From an uncultured virus (IMG/VR IMGVR_UViG_3300022555_000016) (taxonomy: Duplodnaviria; Heunggongvirae; Uroviricota; Caudoviricetes), in the IMG/VR virus record IMGVR_UViG_3300022555_000016: a stretch of DNA of 64,000 bases; one strand, 5' to 3'. The translations under genes and the position numbers were made by a program. The notes under the pieces are model-generated. The model was not told the DNA's origin and did no database searches. It was given only the letters and a program-made list of their open reading frames with translations. Positions 20,062 to 30,413 of the stretch are shown here, piece after piece; positions within the stretch are counted from its first letter, which is position 1; the number at the start of each line of letters is the position of its first letter.

Positions 20062-20350
20062 AGTAGGGTCGGGTAGGGAGAGTGAATCAGACCCTCCCTA
20101 CCCTGGCACAGGTATCCACCACCTTTACAAGGATTCTACCCATGCTTAACTTGAACAACCTGATTAACCCGACCAAAACGTTGCAAGACTAAAGCCGTCA
20201 ACTACGGTGGTATTGTTACCGCACTAATTAACCTGCTGTCGGCGACTATTTACTACTTGGGCAAGTGTAACTAGAAACTACAGGGAGAGGCTTCTTTGGA
20301 ACTAAGAAAGTTCAAGAAGTCAGGATAGTCTCTCCTAATAAGTTAATAAC

Positions 20351-21319
20351 TTAAAGTACCGAGTAAGGGTCAAAACGCTCGTGATGGTGCCAGTGAATTC
20401 CACGACTATATGGACGGTGGAACCAGTAACAGTCGTAATGGTAATCGTGACAGGTAAGCATTGAAGATAATAATTTAAAATTACCTAAGATGTCTTCGGA
20501 GTAACGGTCCTTGAAGATGTCGGAGAAAAGGTACAACACGTCGTAGTACGGTTCTGTGACTTGCCAATAGTAGAATATGTTATTATTGGCTACTTTGTTA
20601 AGAATTTCAGGAATATCTAAGTATTTATTCCATTTAATTAACGTACAGTACCGGCTGTCGTTTAGGTAGAGTTCAATCCAGCCATGAGGCACATCAGCGT
20701 ATTTAACAATTCCGACGATCAGTCTACAGTTAACATAATTCTTAGCGCGTACGGCTTTCTCAATACAAGGGTAGCCGTCAATTTCTGATTCTTTACTGAC
20801 AGTCTCAGAATCTGTGGTGACCAAAGCGGAGGTGAGACTTTCCAAAAACTGTTCGGTCCTTACGGCCCGTTCTGCTCGGATAGAATCTATGTTAGTTATG
20901 TCTGTCAACACAGTTTCAAGTAGTTCTGGAGAAGCTCCTACAGGTAAGGTATACAAGTCTATATATTTTCCGTCGTATTTACTGATCAGTTTGAGCCAAT
21001 TAGCATAATTGCGATCAATCAGTTCCTGTTTTATGGTCGGTCGTGCTTCAGCCCAAACAATGCTAATTGTTTCGAGGCGTGGTTTACCGTGAATTATTAA
21101 GACTGTAGTGTCTCGGACTAACGCGTAACAATTCCTAAAAAACTTACTTGTGGAAAAGCCTTTTTCTCTATAGAAACTGACAACATCGGCTAATGTATCT
21201 GGTAGCAACTTTTGATGAGAGTTCCACAGGCTGTTAATCTTGTCTAATTTTTCTGAACCCAACTCTGAGTTAAAGTGTAGCGAGGTTCTATAACGACTGT
21301 ATTCAAACCAATCAGTCAA
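20351..21319 (-). CDS. Hypothetical protein
   Basis: 322-aa ORF. Confidence 0.7.
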   Translation of the reverse strand: MTDWFEYSRYRTSLHFNSELGSEKLDKINSLWNSHQKLLPDTLADVVSFYREKGFSTSKFFRNCYALVRDTTVLIIHGKPRLETISIVWAEARPTIKQELIDRNYANWLKLISKYDGKYIDLYTLPVGASPELLETVLTDITNIDSIRAERAVRTEQFLESLTSALVTTDSETVSKESEIDGYPCIEKAVRAKNYVNCRLIVGIVKYADVPHGWIELYLNDSRYCTLIKWNKYLDIPEILNKVANNNIFYYWQVTEPYYDVLYLFSDIFKDRYSEDILGNFKLLSSMLTCHDYHYDCYWFHRPYSRGIHWHHHERFDPYSVL

Positions 21320-21369
21320 CGGTACTCTAGCAATGATGTTTACCCCCTTCTTATTGTTTTAGGAATTAT

Positions 21370-21765
21370 TTAAGGCTTTGACAAAATGAAGTCGGCTAAG
21401 TCCTGATCAAATTTATTAACGTGTTTTTGTATCCAAGGACTGACGGAATCGTATAAATCTACGTCAGTTAAACAGCCACGCTTTATTTTGTTTCGTATAT
21501 CGGACAGTCTTCCTAAGGTGACAAGGTGATCGTTACGGTGGGAAAGTAGGTAACTATAACCGAGTCGTCTCGCAATTACTTCTTCGTGGACGAAATGGAT
21601 GTGAATAGCATCTATTAACGTCGCTACCTTCTTTTCAAGGGACTTCTCTACGAACTTGTCAGATTCTAGCAAACTGTTAATCAAGTTATAAATGTATTCG
21701 TGCTCTGTGTCTATTGACTTAACACCTACTAATTGTGGTTTGTTAACTGTGAATCTACCAGCCAT
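21370..21765 (-). CDS. Bacteriohemerythrin
   Basis: GVxxIDxEH, HFxxEE, HxxxH and HxxxxD di-iron ligand pattern. Confidence 0.85.
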   Translation of the reverse strand: MAGRFTVNKPQLVGVKSIDTEHEYIYNLINSLLESDKFVEKSLEKKVATLIDAIHIHFVHEEVIARRLGYSYLLSHRNDHLVTLGRLSDIRNKIKRGCLTDVDLYDSVSPWIQKHVNKFDQDLADFILSKP

Positions 21766-21792
21766 GACTCTGAATCCTAGCGACTATATAGC

Positions 21793-22908
21793 CTAAGAAA
21801 GAACATCGCGAACTATGTCTCTAAATTCTTTTAGCAAGTGGTAATCATAATGACCTTCATCTTCAAACATGATTCGTAGAGCCTGCTCGTTATTGACAGC
21901 TGGTCGATAGCTTCTAGTATCCGTGAGCGCAGCGAACGAGTCAACTATAGCAGCCATTCTACCTAAAGGATGCAGCTTGTTTATGGGTATTCGTGGATAA
22001 GAGCCTTCCCCGTTGTCTACACGGCAATGGTGTTGTTCTACGATAATTCTGGTGGTTTGAGGAACCTCATTACCTGATTCCTTCAGGGCTTGGAGGCCAA
22101 GAGCCACGTGGGTTTTTAGTATTTCGTACTCAGATGGGGTTAGTGGTGTAGTCTTGTTAATTAACGCCAATGGTAGCTTGACTTTACCGAAGTCGTGCAT
22201 TATACCGCCGGAGCATAAACTAACCTGCTCACTTTGACTAACTAATCCTATGTTGCTCCCAAACAAGGTCAATAGTGAGGCAACTCTAATAGAGTGAGCG
22301 AACGTAGTACCATCAAATTCTTTGATAGATTCTAACACAGCACCGTAATTAGAATTAGACATTAAGTTAACAATGGGTAAACAAGCATCACGAATTTCGG
22401 CGTACTTGAAAGTGTTAGACTTTTGAAAGGCTTGAAATACATTCTTAAATGTTGTAACGCTTTTCTTTAGAGCATACGCCTGCTCCTTAGGCAATAATCC
22501 TAAGCTATTGTCGGTATCAGTACCTGTGAAGAAAGCCGTAACTTTACTCAATGTTAAAGGACCAAAAGGACGTAATAGTATTTCAACAGCTCCTGCTTTA
22601 GTGGCATTAGAAAATATACGGTGCTCCTCGTCAGAGGAGATATCTCGACTCGATAAATTGTATACCAGAATTACCGGTATCTTAGCGAAAGTCCTGTGCT
22701 GTTTAAGCATAGACGTGAGGGTAATAGACCCAATAGCTACCGCTTCGTCTATGATAATAAGGTCAGGCAGGTTAACAAACAAACCAACAGGCAGTTTGTT
22801 TATAATCGAATACCGTGACACCGAAAAGAACGGGGAGAGGTAACTGACTAACTCTGTTAAATAACTGCGATCCCCGAGAACGGATATTTTAGGTTGATTT
22901 TGTTCCAC
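21793..22908 (-). CDS. HD-GYP phosphodiesterase with a degenerate N-terminal receiver domain
   Basis: TFAHSIRV, HDFGK, HHxRxD..GSYP, IVDSFAALT..RSYRPA. N-terminal PDLIIID REC-like region. Confidence 0.85.
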   Translation of the reverse strand: MEQNQPKISVLGDRSYLTELVSYLSPFFSVSRYSIINKLPVGLFVNLPDLIIIDEAVAIGSITLTSMLKQHRTFAKIPVILVYNLSSRDISSDEEHRIFSNATKAGAVEILLRPFGPLTLSKVTAFFTGTDTDNSLGLLPKEQAYALKKSVTTFKNVFQAFQKSNTFKYAEIRDACLPIVNLMSNSNYGAVLESIKEFDGTTFAHSIRVASLLTLFGSNIGLVSQSEQVSLCSGGIMHDFGKVKLPLALINKTTPLTPSEYEILKTHVALGLQALKESGNEVPQTTRIIVEQHHCRVDNGEGSYPRIPINKLHPLGRMAAIVDSFAALTDTRSYRPAVNNEQALRIMFEDEGHYDYHLLKEFRDIVRDVLS

Positions 22909-22933
22909 CGCGACACCTTTTGTTCTATTTATT

Positions 22934-23500
22934 CTATTTATTGTACCTATTTAGATAAGAATCAATGTCAGACAGCAGTGCTGATTTAATTTCTAACATT
23001 CCAGGCTTATACAGCAAAGGGTGACCGTAGAAAGACATGTCAACTAGACCTATGTATCTGGACCGCCGAAAGCGTGGACAATCTTGATTATTATCCTGGA
23101 CACAGATAGATTCTCTAGCTCTCTTGCAACGGCAATTTTGATCAACTACTTTAGCTACGTCATCATCAATGAACTGAATCTGCTCGGGTGAGAATACAAT
23201 AATTTCTTTGTAATAGTCATTGTATTCAACACCGTCGTAACCATTCTGTTTCAATTGTTTAACGGCCAAACGGATGTAGTTGGTGATATCTCCTCCTCGA
23301 CCGCTTTCTAACCAGCTAGAGTATTCACTGAACGGTGCCGGGTTGTTACAGGTCAAGTAGGCGGAGGCTACTGTACAACCTAACCTGTCAGCTTCCGCTT
23401 TAGCTTTTAGGTAGTCGGAGGTAAACCGGTACCCTAATCCTAATGCTCCGAGCTTAAAAAGGCTAGACAGGTGTGCTGCTATGAAATAGATTTTGGACAT
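22934..23500 (-). CDS. Degenerate ART-PolyVal-like (ADP-ribosyltransferase fold) protein
   Basis: GxGYxFT, AYLxxxNP, GYDGV...EIIVFSPEQI. The IDxYL motif sits at the C-terminus. Confidence 0.45.
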   Translation of the reverse strand: MSKIYFIAAHLSSLFKLGALGLGYRFTSDYLKAKAEADRLGCTVASAYLTCNNPAPFSEYSSWLESGRGGDITNYIRLAVKQLKQNGYDGVEYNDYYKEIIVFSPEQIQFIDDDVAKVVDQNCRCKRARESICVQDNNQDCPRFRRSRYIGLVDMSFYGHPLLYKPGMLEIKSALLSDIDSYLNRYNK

Positions 23501-23645
23501 TGTGGTCTCACTTTTTAATAAGATATTTCATCTAGAAGCTGTTGTCTATTTGATCTCTATTACGGTCATTTTGGTTACCTCTCGTTTTAAACTTTAAGAG
23601 GTACGGCTAGCACAATATGAGATAACCGTACCTCAATGCAAACAG

Positions 23646-24131
23646 CTATCTCAGACTGGTATATTTAATCTTAACGTAGACTTTGACTGGAGTTGGAGGC
23701 GTAGTGTCATATGCTGTGGACATGGAGCACTTAACAACCTCACAATTCCAAAAGGTTTGTACACTAGACACATCACCGTTACGCTTGTAATAAGTAATAG
23801 CAGTTTTGAAAGGTTGCTCCTTAATTAAGGAATTAAAGCCTTTCATCGTACAACTACCTTGAGTTTCGTAGTACACTAAAGATAGTTGTTTCTTAACTAG
23901 GTCATTCTCAAACTTGACAACCAACAGTGGAAGTTTGTCCACTAGGGAATTGTTAATAGAATAGGTTATTAACCAATTAACCCCGTCCAAACGATTGTGA
24001 CTATCCAAAAAGTCAGGCAAGGTCTTTAAATCAGATAAGGTTACAGGTTTAACCTTACTGGGCTTGATAGTAACTGATTCCTCGGTAACTGTAGGCTCGG
24101 TAGTCGGGGTATTGAGAGATTCGGTAAGCAT
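23646..24131 (-). CDS. Hypothetical protein
   Basis: Likely start ATG 24131 (MLTES) after AAGGGAG. Confidence 0.65.
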   Translation of the reverse strand: MLTESLNTPTTEPTVTEESVTIKPSKVKPVTLSDLKTLPDFLDSHNRLDGVNWLITYSINNSLVDKLPLLVVKFENDLVKKQLSLVYYETQGSCTMKGFNSLIKEQPFKTAITYYKRNGDVSSVQTFWNCEVVKCSMSTAYDTTPPTPVKVYVKIKYTSLR

Positions 24132-24208
24132 GTTGCTTACTCCCTTAAGAAAGTTAGGAACTTGTTGTTCCCAATCAAAATTAAGATTCGCTACTAAGTA
24201 GTTTTGGG

Positions 24209-24934
24209 TTAGTCCACACCGAGCCATTCAGGAATGTAGTCAAAGACGTTGTAGATGGCTAATTTAGCCTTATGTACCTTGTTATCACAGGACAGATAAC
24301 ATCTTTTATCTCTCAGAGATATCCACATCCCTAAAGTTACTAGTACCTCGCTAACAAACAAAGTTATTTCCTTCATTCGGCTCACGTCTAGAATCACAAC
24401 ACGAAAAGATTGTATATGTTGTTCTAGTTTATGCATAATAGGCTGTATATCGTAACTATTAACCTCTTCGAGTGTGCCTTTGAGAACTAAAATGTGTAGA
24501 TCGGATTTAGCTATAATTGCGTACTCTAACGTAGTAGGTGCGTTAATAAATATGTCAACCCCACGAGATGATAGAATATTGTTCACATTGTTTTGGAGTC
24601 TAGTAAAATCTATAGGTTTGGATAAAATGTCGGTTATACGCAACCCGTTCTGTTTAAGAGTTAGCACTAACTCACGGTCGGCGTTGGCAGTGATTAGAAT
24701 CACGGAGGTGCTTTGCTCTTTAAACTTATCGTGGTTCAATTTAATTATATCCAACCCACTCATTCCAGGCATGTGGTAGTCAAGTAGGACTAAGTCGTAC
24801 CGTAGTTGTTGACATAAGGCGCAGGCTTCCTCACCGTCTAATACTGTATCAACATCAGTAATACCTGCTTTATTTAACACTTTTTGAAGGATCATTGTAA
24901 TAGGTTTTGAATCATCAGCTATTAAGACTCGCAT
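24209..24934 (-). CDS. Response regulator: REC plus STAS-like domain
   Basis: VLIADDS, LVLLDYHMPGMSG, ITA, KPID. C-terminal LxLKGxL...VILDVS. Confidence 0.85.
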   Translation of the reverse strand: MRVLIADDSKPITMILQKVLNKAGITDVDTVLDGEEACALCQQLRYDLVLLDYHMPGMSGLDIIKLNHDKFKEQSTSVILITANADRELVLTLKQNGLRITDILSKPIDFTRLQNNVNNILSSRGVDIFINAPTTLEYAIIAKSDLHILVLKGTLEEVNSYDIQPIMHKLEQHIQSFRVVILDVSRMKEITLFVSEVLVTLGMWISLRDKRCYLSCDNKVHKAKLAIYNVFDYIPEWLGVD

Positions 24935-24952
24935 AGTTACTATCCTTCTTTC

Positions 24953-25690
24953 TTAATTGTTTTGTTGGTAATCCTCCAAAAACTTGAAAACTGAATAGTT
25001 GGCTAAGATTTCTCTATGTTTGGGGTTGGTACAAGTTATTAACGCTTTCTTATCTCTCAATTCGCACCAAAACTTGAGACAAACTAGCGTTTCGCAGGTA
25101 AACAAATCGACATGCTCCAGTGGGTCTATATCGATGCTAATCTGCGTAGCTAAACAAGTCTCTAGCCGGAACATGATGTCGTGGACTGACCACTTGTTCT
25201 CATCGGTTAGCCTACCTCTCAACTCTAGCACCGTGTAATCTGGAAACTCAATAAGACAAAAGACTAGTTTATCTGAACCTTCTGTCTTGTTGTTGACCAA
25301 AATTGAGTCAAGGTGTTCTTTCTCGGCAGCAATAATTGCCACACAGTTAGTAAACCTATTTAGATCAATAGGCTTAATCTGAATGTCTCGTAGGTTATAG
25401 TTACCTGAGCGTAGCAGGACAGTTAAGTTATAGTTGACTTCAGAGGTGGTAATGATCACGTAAGTGTTGTTGGTTAACAATTCCCGCCGGAGGAGTTTAA
25501 GCACCTCAACCCCAGAATAGACAGGGAGGTAGTTGTCCAGCACCAGCAGATCATAATGTTTTGAACGGTACTGTAGGACAGCTTTATCGCCAGATTCTAC
25601 CAGATCAATGTTGAACGGACCAACCGACGAAAGCAACTTTCGGATAAGCATCGAATTAGGACGATTATCTTCTACCACTAGCACATTCAT
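24953..25690 (-). CDS. Response regulator: REC plus STAS-like domain (tandem paralog)
   Basis: VLVVEDN, LLVLDNYLP, ITTS, KPID. C-terminal VLELRGRL...ISIDID. Confidence 0.85.
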   Translation of the reverse strand: MNVLVVEDNRPNSMLIRKLLSSVGPFNIDLVESGDKAVLQYRSKHYDLLVLDNYLPVYSGVEVLKLLRRELLTNNTYVIITTSEVNYNLTVLLRSGNYNLRDIQIKPIDLNRFTNCVAIIAAEKEHLDSILVNNKTEGSDKLVFCLIEFPDYTVLELRGRLTDENKWSVHDIMFRLETCLATQISIDIDPLEHVDLFTCETLVCLKFWCELRDKKALITCTNPKHREILANYSVFKFLEDYQQNN

Positions 25691-25724
25691 TTAATGAGAA
25701 TCCTTTAAAAACAGGCTAACAACA

Positions 25725-25761
25725 AAAGGGTTAATTGGTCTCAACTGCCAATTAACCCTTT
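25725..25761. terminator. Terminator hairpin
   Basis: AAAGGGTTAATTGG / CCAATTAACCCTTT. Confidence 0.65.
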
Positions 25762-25771
25762 CTTTTTTGTG

Positions 25772-26713
25772 TTAGTCTAGCAAATTAGAATAGGAGTGCA
25801 ACGATGAAAGGTTACCGGTTTCCAAGTATTCAACAATACAGTCAATTAGATTGTTCTCGGCTTTAGACAAGTCACCAGCATGTTTGGCATCTGGGTTATG
25901 CTGGTGCTTCTTAGCCATGCCAATCAGGAACTCGTTGTTCTCGTGTATTTTCTTTAGTTCTTTGAGCAACAGGGGTAATGACGGTTTGCTAGTTGCTGCA
26001 GTTACTGGTTTGGTTTCAGGAGTAGCTGGAACTTGGGGCAGTTCAACAGAATCTGGGTTGACCAATTCTGGAATTACCGCAGGTTCGGTGGAGGCACTTG
26101 CTGTCGCATTAGCAAAAATCTTCTGCATCAAAGCGACACCTGACAACAAGGTTTTAATTGCTGGTAAGATGACTGCCTTAACTGTATCAGGTACGTCATG
26201 CCGAGTTTTGATCAGTTCTAACATAGTCTCGTAATATTTACGGTTGGCAATGAAGAACTTGGTCGCAGAACCCACGTCAGAATAGTTAAAGGTTACTGAA
26301 CCGTCGTTGTTAATTTTGTAATCAGCATCACCGAACACGCTGGGTGGAATAATCGGAATAATCGACCGAATCAGAAAAGCCGGAGGTTCAATGTAGCCTA
26401 TCTTCTTGAGTTTGTCTACTAGTGCCCTATCCATCATACCCCAGACAGGAACGTTTAATTTATTAACTTCTAGGACGCCTTTAACAATGGACCTCGGTGA
26501 ACCAAAGCATGCTACCATCTTAAGCATTCCGCCGCGTTGGGGGCGAACAGCTAAACATCCGTCAGAGTCCCCATAAAACTGCCAGCTACTAGCACGCTGT
26601 AGGAACTTTTCTTTGGTCCAGGCGTAGCCGGTAGCTTTTAGATAAGATTCGTTTAGCAGGTTGTAGGCTTGATCTAAATCAATATCTACTGAGGATTCAA
26701 TAGGTAAGGTCAT
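25772..26713 (-). CDS. Hypothetical two-part protein with a PVTAA linker
   Basis: Likely start ATG 26713 (MTLPIE), just after the upstream stop codon. Confidence 0.7.
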   Translation of the reverse strand: MTLPIESSVDIDLDQAYNLLNESYLKATGYAWTKEKFLQRASSWQFYGDSDGCLAVRPQRGGMLKMVACFGSPRSIVKGVLEVNKLNVPVWGMMDRALVDKLKKIGYIEPPAFLIRSIIPIIPPSVFGDADYKINNDGSVTFNYSDVGSATKFFIANRKYYETMLELIKTRHDVPDTVKAVILPAIKTLLSGVALMQKIFANATASASTEPAVIPELVNPDSVELPQVPATPETKPVTAATSKPSLPLLLKELKKIHENNEFLIGMAKKHQHNPDAKHAGDLSKAENNLIDCIVEYLETGNLSSLHSYSNLLD

Positions 26714-26717
26714 GTTT

Positions 26718-28367
26718 TTAATCCACAAATTTGTAGGGGTTATAGACCAAATCTGGTAGCGAAACTTTTTCAGAAGATTCCGATTCATCAGGCTTAACGG
26801 AATAAGTGACCCCACCTTTTTCAGGATGGACTAGAGTTATTTTACCTGAAAGATTCAGAGTTGAATCACTTTTATTTACTATAGTAACCTTATCGCCTAA
26901 TTTGTATTTGGTGTACTCTGGATTAGTCTCTTGTAGAGTAGCGACATAGTCGTTATAGGACCACAGCTTATAAGGTGTTCTGAATAACACTACTGAAGCA
27001 ACTCGCTTAGGAATAATCCAATCACGTACATCAAATTTGGACCTAACTATCATAATAGAAAATGGGAGATCGGCAAAGTCGGGTAATTCTTTCAACGACA
27101 CGTTTTGTAGGACTAACTTATCTATAACTTTAGGAAGGTCAATCGGTAACGATGCAATTGGCGTATCGACAATTTTAATGTTATCTATACGATTAGACGG
27201 TGCTGATATCTTAGGGAAAGCCGTTACTTTAGGACAGTTACTAATTGTCAAGTTTTCACAGATGACATCGGGTAGTTTGGTTACTCTCAAGTCGTTAAAA
27301 GTAACGTACTGAGATTCTACTGCTTGAGGTAATGTGCCTGTATACCCTTCAAAAGCCACAAGGTGACCACACTTTAAAACTGGTGGAAATTTACCTTTAG
27401 TTGCAAGTTTACTAGTAAAATTGAGCCCTCCGTGAAGATTGTCTTCAGGAAAAGATAGGCTGCCAACTGACCACATCTTCAAGGCTTTATCACGATCCGT
27501 TTCCCACAATTCAAGAGAGGGTTCAGACTCTGGAATTACGTTCTTGAAAATCTTCAACAACTGACAATAGGCACCGGAGGCTATCCAGGTCTGCGCTGGT
27601 TCATTTGTATGAATAATTCCCTCGCCGTTGTCTCGAATTCCGCCGATTCCAAGGGACAACAACACCTTGGTCCACATTGGCGGTCTAGATTTCTTGAAGT
27701 CGGCAGCGTTCTTGATTTTTACTAGACGATAAGCAACCATACGGGTTAGAGTCCACAGGAGACCTAGAGGGTGTTCAACAAGGTGTTCATAATCATTGTC
27801 CGAACTAGCCATGTGTATAGCGTCATGTAAGGCTTGCAATTGGCCTAGAGTAACATTGCTATGAGGAATGTGGAACTTAGTTAAATAAGCAACCAAGGCT
27901 TTCTCAGTAGTTTTATCGTAAGGGTTGACTTCAAACAACTTAGGTTCTTGTTTGTCCCATATTTTTATTAACTGTTGTACGTCGCGAGACAAATTAGCGT
28001 AGGAATAGGTACCTGAGTCTAAAAGTCGCAACGGACCAGTAAACTTAAAGAAGATAGCATAAGGTTGATCAGCAGCAAATGGAAAGTTAACTACATCTTT
28101 CATAGTCTTTTGATTAGTTGAATCTCTGTCACCGTAGTACTTTACAGAAGAGGCCAAGGAATACCCAAAGATTCCTGTAGGGGTGTCATATTGCCCTATT
28201 GGATTGATTCCCAACTTTGGCAGGTCAGCAAACCTAATAAACACATCGTTACTGGTTTCGTTCTTGGTGAAATAGTCTAGGACAGTTTCATCTTTGAAAT
28301 CGCTACGGCGCTTACACTCTACCAGATAAGCGTCGATTTCTTGCCAGATTTTGTGCTCTGTAGACAT
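26718..28367 (-). CDS. Phage protein with an LRR-like C-terminal region, IDxYL family
   Basis: IWQEIDAYL, KLGINP...YDTPxGIFGY, LxxLP repeats. Confidence 0.65.
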   Translation of the reverse strand: MSTEHKIWQEIDAYLVECKRRSDFKDETVLDYFTKNETSNDVFIRFADLPKLGINPIGQYDTPTGIFGYSLASSVKYYGDRDSTNQKTMKDVVNFPFAADQPYAIFFKFTGPLRLLDSGTYSYANLSRDVQQLIKIWDKQEPKLFEVNPYDKTTEKALVAYLTKFHIPHSNVTLGQLQALHDAIHMASSDNDYEHLVEHPLGLLWTLTRMVAYRLVKIKNAADFKKSRPPMWTKVLLSLGIGGIRDNGEGIIHTNEPAQTWIASGAYCQLLKIFKNVIPESEPSLELWETDRDKALKMWSVGSLSFPEDNLHGGLNFTSKLATKGKFPPVLKCGHLVAFEGYTGTLPQAVESQYVTFNDLRVTKLPDVICENLTISNCPKVTAFPKISAPSNRIDNIKIVDTPIASLPIDLPKVIDKLVLQNVSLKELPDFADLPFSIMIVRSKFDVRDWIIPKRVASVVLFRTPYKLWSYNDYVATLQETNPEYTKYKLGDKVTIVNKSDSTLNLSGKITLVHPEKGGVTYSVKPDESESSEKVSLPDLVYNPYKFVD

Positions 28368-28414
28368 TGGATTAGTACCCTTTTCGGCTATTCGTTACTA
28401 ATCTAGCTAGGGAA

Positions 28415-28831
28415 TCAATTACAACGATCACCGTAGTTTTCTTTGAGAAAGTCACCAAATTGTTTGTCTTCGGTGGTAATGTGTTTGTACAACCAAACAT
28501 TCAACATTTCTTTGTAACGGTCGAAGACATCAAGGTGACATCGCTCAAAGGCGTTAATTAGAATAGCAATCTCGTTGATAAATTCCCAATGTTCTCTAAT
28601 ATGCTCTTCGCGTCTAGGGTAATGGTATTGAGTCATTAACCACTCTTCACGCGTGAGGTGCATATTAGAGTAATCAGCTAAATCACACAAGTACTGACTC
28701 AACGTAGCTCTACAGGCTACGTCAATCTTGTTAACTCGGTCAATAAGTTCTAGAATCATTTTATGATCCATATCTATGTTTTTGTCTCCTACGGAAAGAG
28801 AGTCGTCCCAGATAATAGGAGAGTACGGCAT
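28415..28831 (-). CDS. Bacteriohemerythrin
   Basis: WxxxLSVG..IDxDH, HLTREE, HIREH, WLxxHIxxED. Confidence 0.9.
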   Translation of the reverse strand: MPYSPIIWDDSLSVGDKNIDMDHKMILELIDRVNKIDVACRATLSQYLCDLADYSNMHLTREEWLMTQYHYPRREEHIREHWEFINEIAILINAFERCHLDVFDRYKEMLNVWLYKHITTEDKQFGDFLKENYGDRCN

Positions 28832-28875
28832 TTTTGAAAACCTTAACTTAAAAACGTAAAACCAAAAACGTAGTA

Positions 28876-29358
28876 TTAACAGGTTTTAGAGTCTAGAAAT
28901 TCAATGTGGTGTTTCAGACAACCGGGTAGGCATAGTTCCGGCATATCGTCAACTAGGATGGTGCAACCGTACTGCTTGGCAGCGAAGCCTTTGTAATTAG
29001 TCAGGTTGTCGTAATCTCGTTGAACTTCGTCCATAAAGTCCTTAGTGTACGTTTTGAACAGTTTAGGGTTAGTCTTCTTTTGATTGAATATCCGTAGAGC
29101 TTGGGAGCCAAGTTCCTTAGTGTTCTCGTCTAAACACTTGATTGCTCTAATTAAGGATAAATCAAACCCGTAAGTGCCTAGCTCTTTTGAGATACCCCTA
29201 GCATCCTGTTTAGTACGGAAAGTTATTATATAGTAAGCCTTATCAGGATGGTTCCTAACGTAATCTCGGATGCGTTTACAGTGCTTACCGTTACCTAGTA
29301 GCGTGTCGTCGTAGTCCAGAGCAATGGTTTGGTGATAGTCTAAGTCTGATAAGGGCAT
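28876..29358 (-). CDS. HAD-superfamily phosphatase-like protein
   Basis: IALDYDDTL (DxDxT), IITFR, K...ILVDD. Confidence 0.7.
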   Translation of the reverse strand: MPLSDLDYHQTIALDYDDTLLGNGKHCKRIRDYVRNHPDKAYYIITFRTKQDARGISKELGTYGFDLSLIRAIKCLDENTKELGSQALRIFNQKKTNPKLFKTYTKDFMDEVQRDYDNLTNYKGFAAKQYGCTILVDDMPELCLPGCLKHHIEFLDSKTC

Positions 29359-29418
29359 AGTTAGAATCCTTGAGAGTAATAATACTGAAAAACTAACCTT
29401 AACCGCTTAAGAGGCGAA

Positions 29419-30150
29419 CTAACCTTTGAATTGGCCGATTTTGAAGTTAGAAGTACTAAAGCCGTTATCGTATTGATTCTGTAAAGAAGACGGAAACAAT
29501 TCAGGAACTGAATCGGTTAAACGGAAGAAAACAAAGATATCGTCATCACTAGACAACTGACCTAATAGGTATTTGTCTTCTGGATTAACTGAGTCTTCGG
29601 AGAACTTAACAAAGTTAGGGTTAGACCTAAGAGACAATTTGAACTCTTTGGCTTCTTTGATAGTGTCAAAGTTTTTAGCTTTGACTAGAACCTTAGTCCC
29701 TGACTTTTCTTTCCAACCAAGGTGAAAGTACCGTTCGCAGAAATAGATAGCCACAGTGAACATAGGTGGGCCGGATTGACGGGAGGATATAACTGAAGCC
29801 GCCCGATGACGACCTTCGTGACCCATAACATTACCACGTTTATCTATTAGAAAGAAGGCAGGAGCGTCATATTTGCCACCTTTATAGTTTTCGGCGGGTA
29901 CTGTAGTCGCCCGGACGATCTTGTATTTGTGGGCCGCAGACTCAGTAGTCAAATTGAGAAAGTCGTTAGCTGATAGTACCATTAGAATACGCGGGCGGAA
30001 CTTACCTTCTAGTGTTAGCTCCGCCGATTTTAGCGCACCTCGTTTCAGTGGTAGATTTTTAGCAATAGTTTGGTAGTAACTTATTCTCTGTTGAACAGTT
30101 GTGGGAAGTGGGTACATTGTGTCAGACCTTTGAGGCAAAACGGAATACAC
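29419..30150 (-). CDS. ParB/Srx-like (EGRHR) domain protein
   Basis: GNVMGHEGRHRA. Paralogous to the C-terminal domain of 30414..34571. The start may be ATG 30117. Confidence 0.55.
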   Translation of the reverse strand: MYSVLPQRSDTMYPLPTTVQQRISYYQTIAKNLPLKRGALKSAELTLEGKFRPRILMVLSANDFLNLTTESAAHKYKIVRATTVPAENYKGGKYDAPAFFLIDKRGNVMGHEGRHRAASVISSRQSGPPMFTVAIYFCERYFHLGWKEKSGTKVLVKAKNFDTIKEAKEFKLSLRSNPNFVKFSEDSVNPEDKYLLGQLSSDDDIFVFFRLTDSVPELFPSSLQNQYDNGFSTSNFKIGQFKG

Positions 30151-30399
30151 TCAAGAGTAGCGTTTAACAGCGTTTGTGTGACCAATCTTAGTAGAAAACT
30201 GTTTACCTTTGTTAGACTGACCGAAAGACTTAGGGTCAAACTGACCTTTAGGTGCAGCTTTCTTTACAGACGCTGTTACAGGTTGAGTCACAGGCGTTAG
30301 AGCAGTTGAACTACCGGGTTTGGCACCTAGGTGTTTCTCTAGTTGATCCATTACCTCAGATATGGATTCAGGCTTGCTCGGACGGTTTAAATTGTCCAT
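30151..30399 (-). CDS. Hypothetical protein
   Basis: 82 aa, AAGGA RBS, PVTAS motif. Confidence 0.6.
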   Translation of the reverse strand: MDNLNRPSKPESISEVMDQLEKHLGAKPGSSTALTPVTQPVTASVKKAAPKGQFDPKSFGQSNKGKQFSTKIGHTNAVKRYS

Positions 30400-30413
30400 A
30401 GGATTGATCCTTG

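Noticed and set aside
23646..24131. Tail-tube protein call
   Set aside because: The resemblance in the C-terminal strands is too vague without a profile search.
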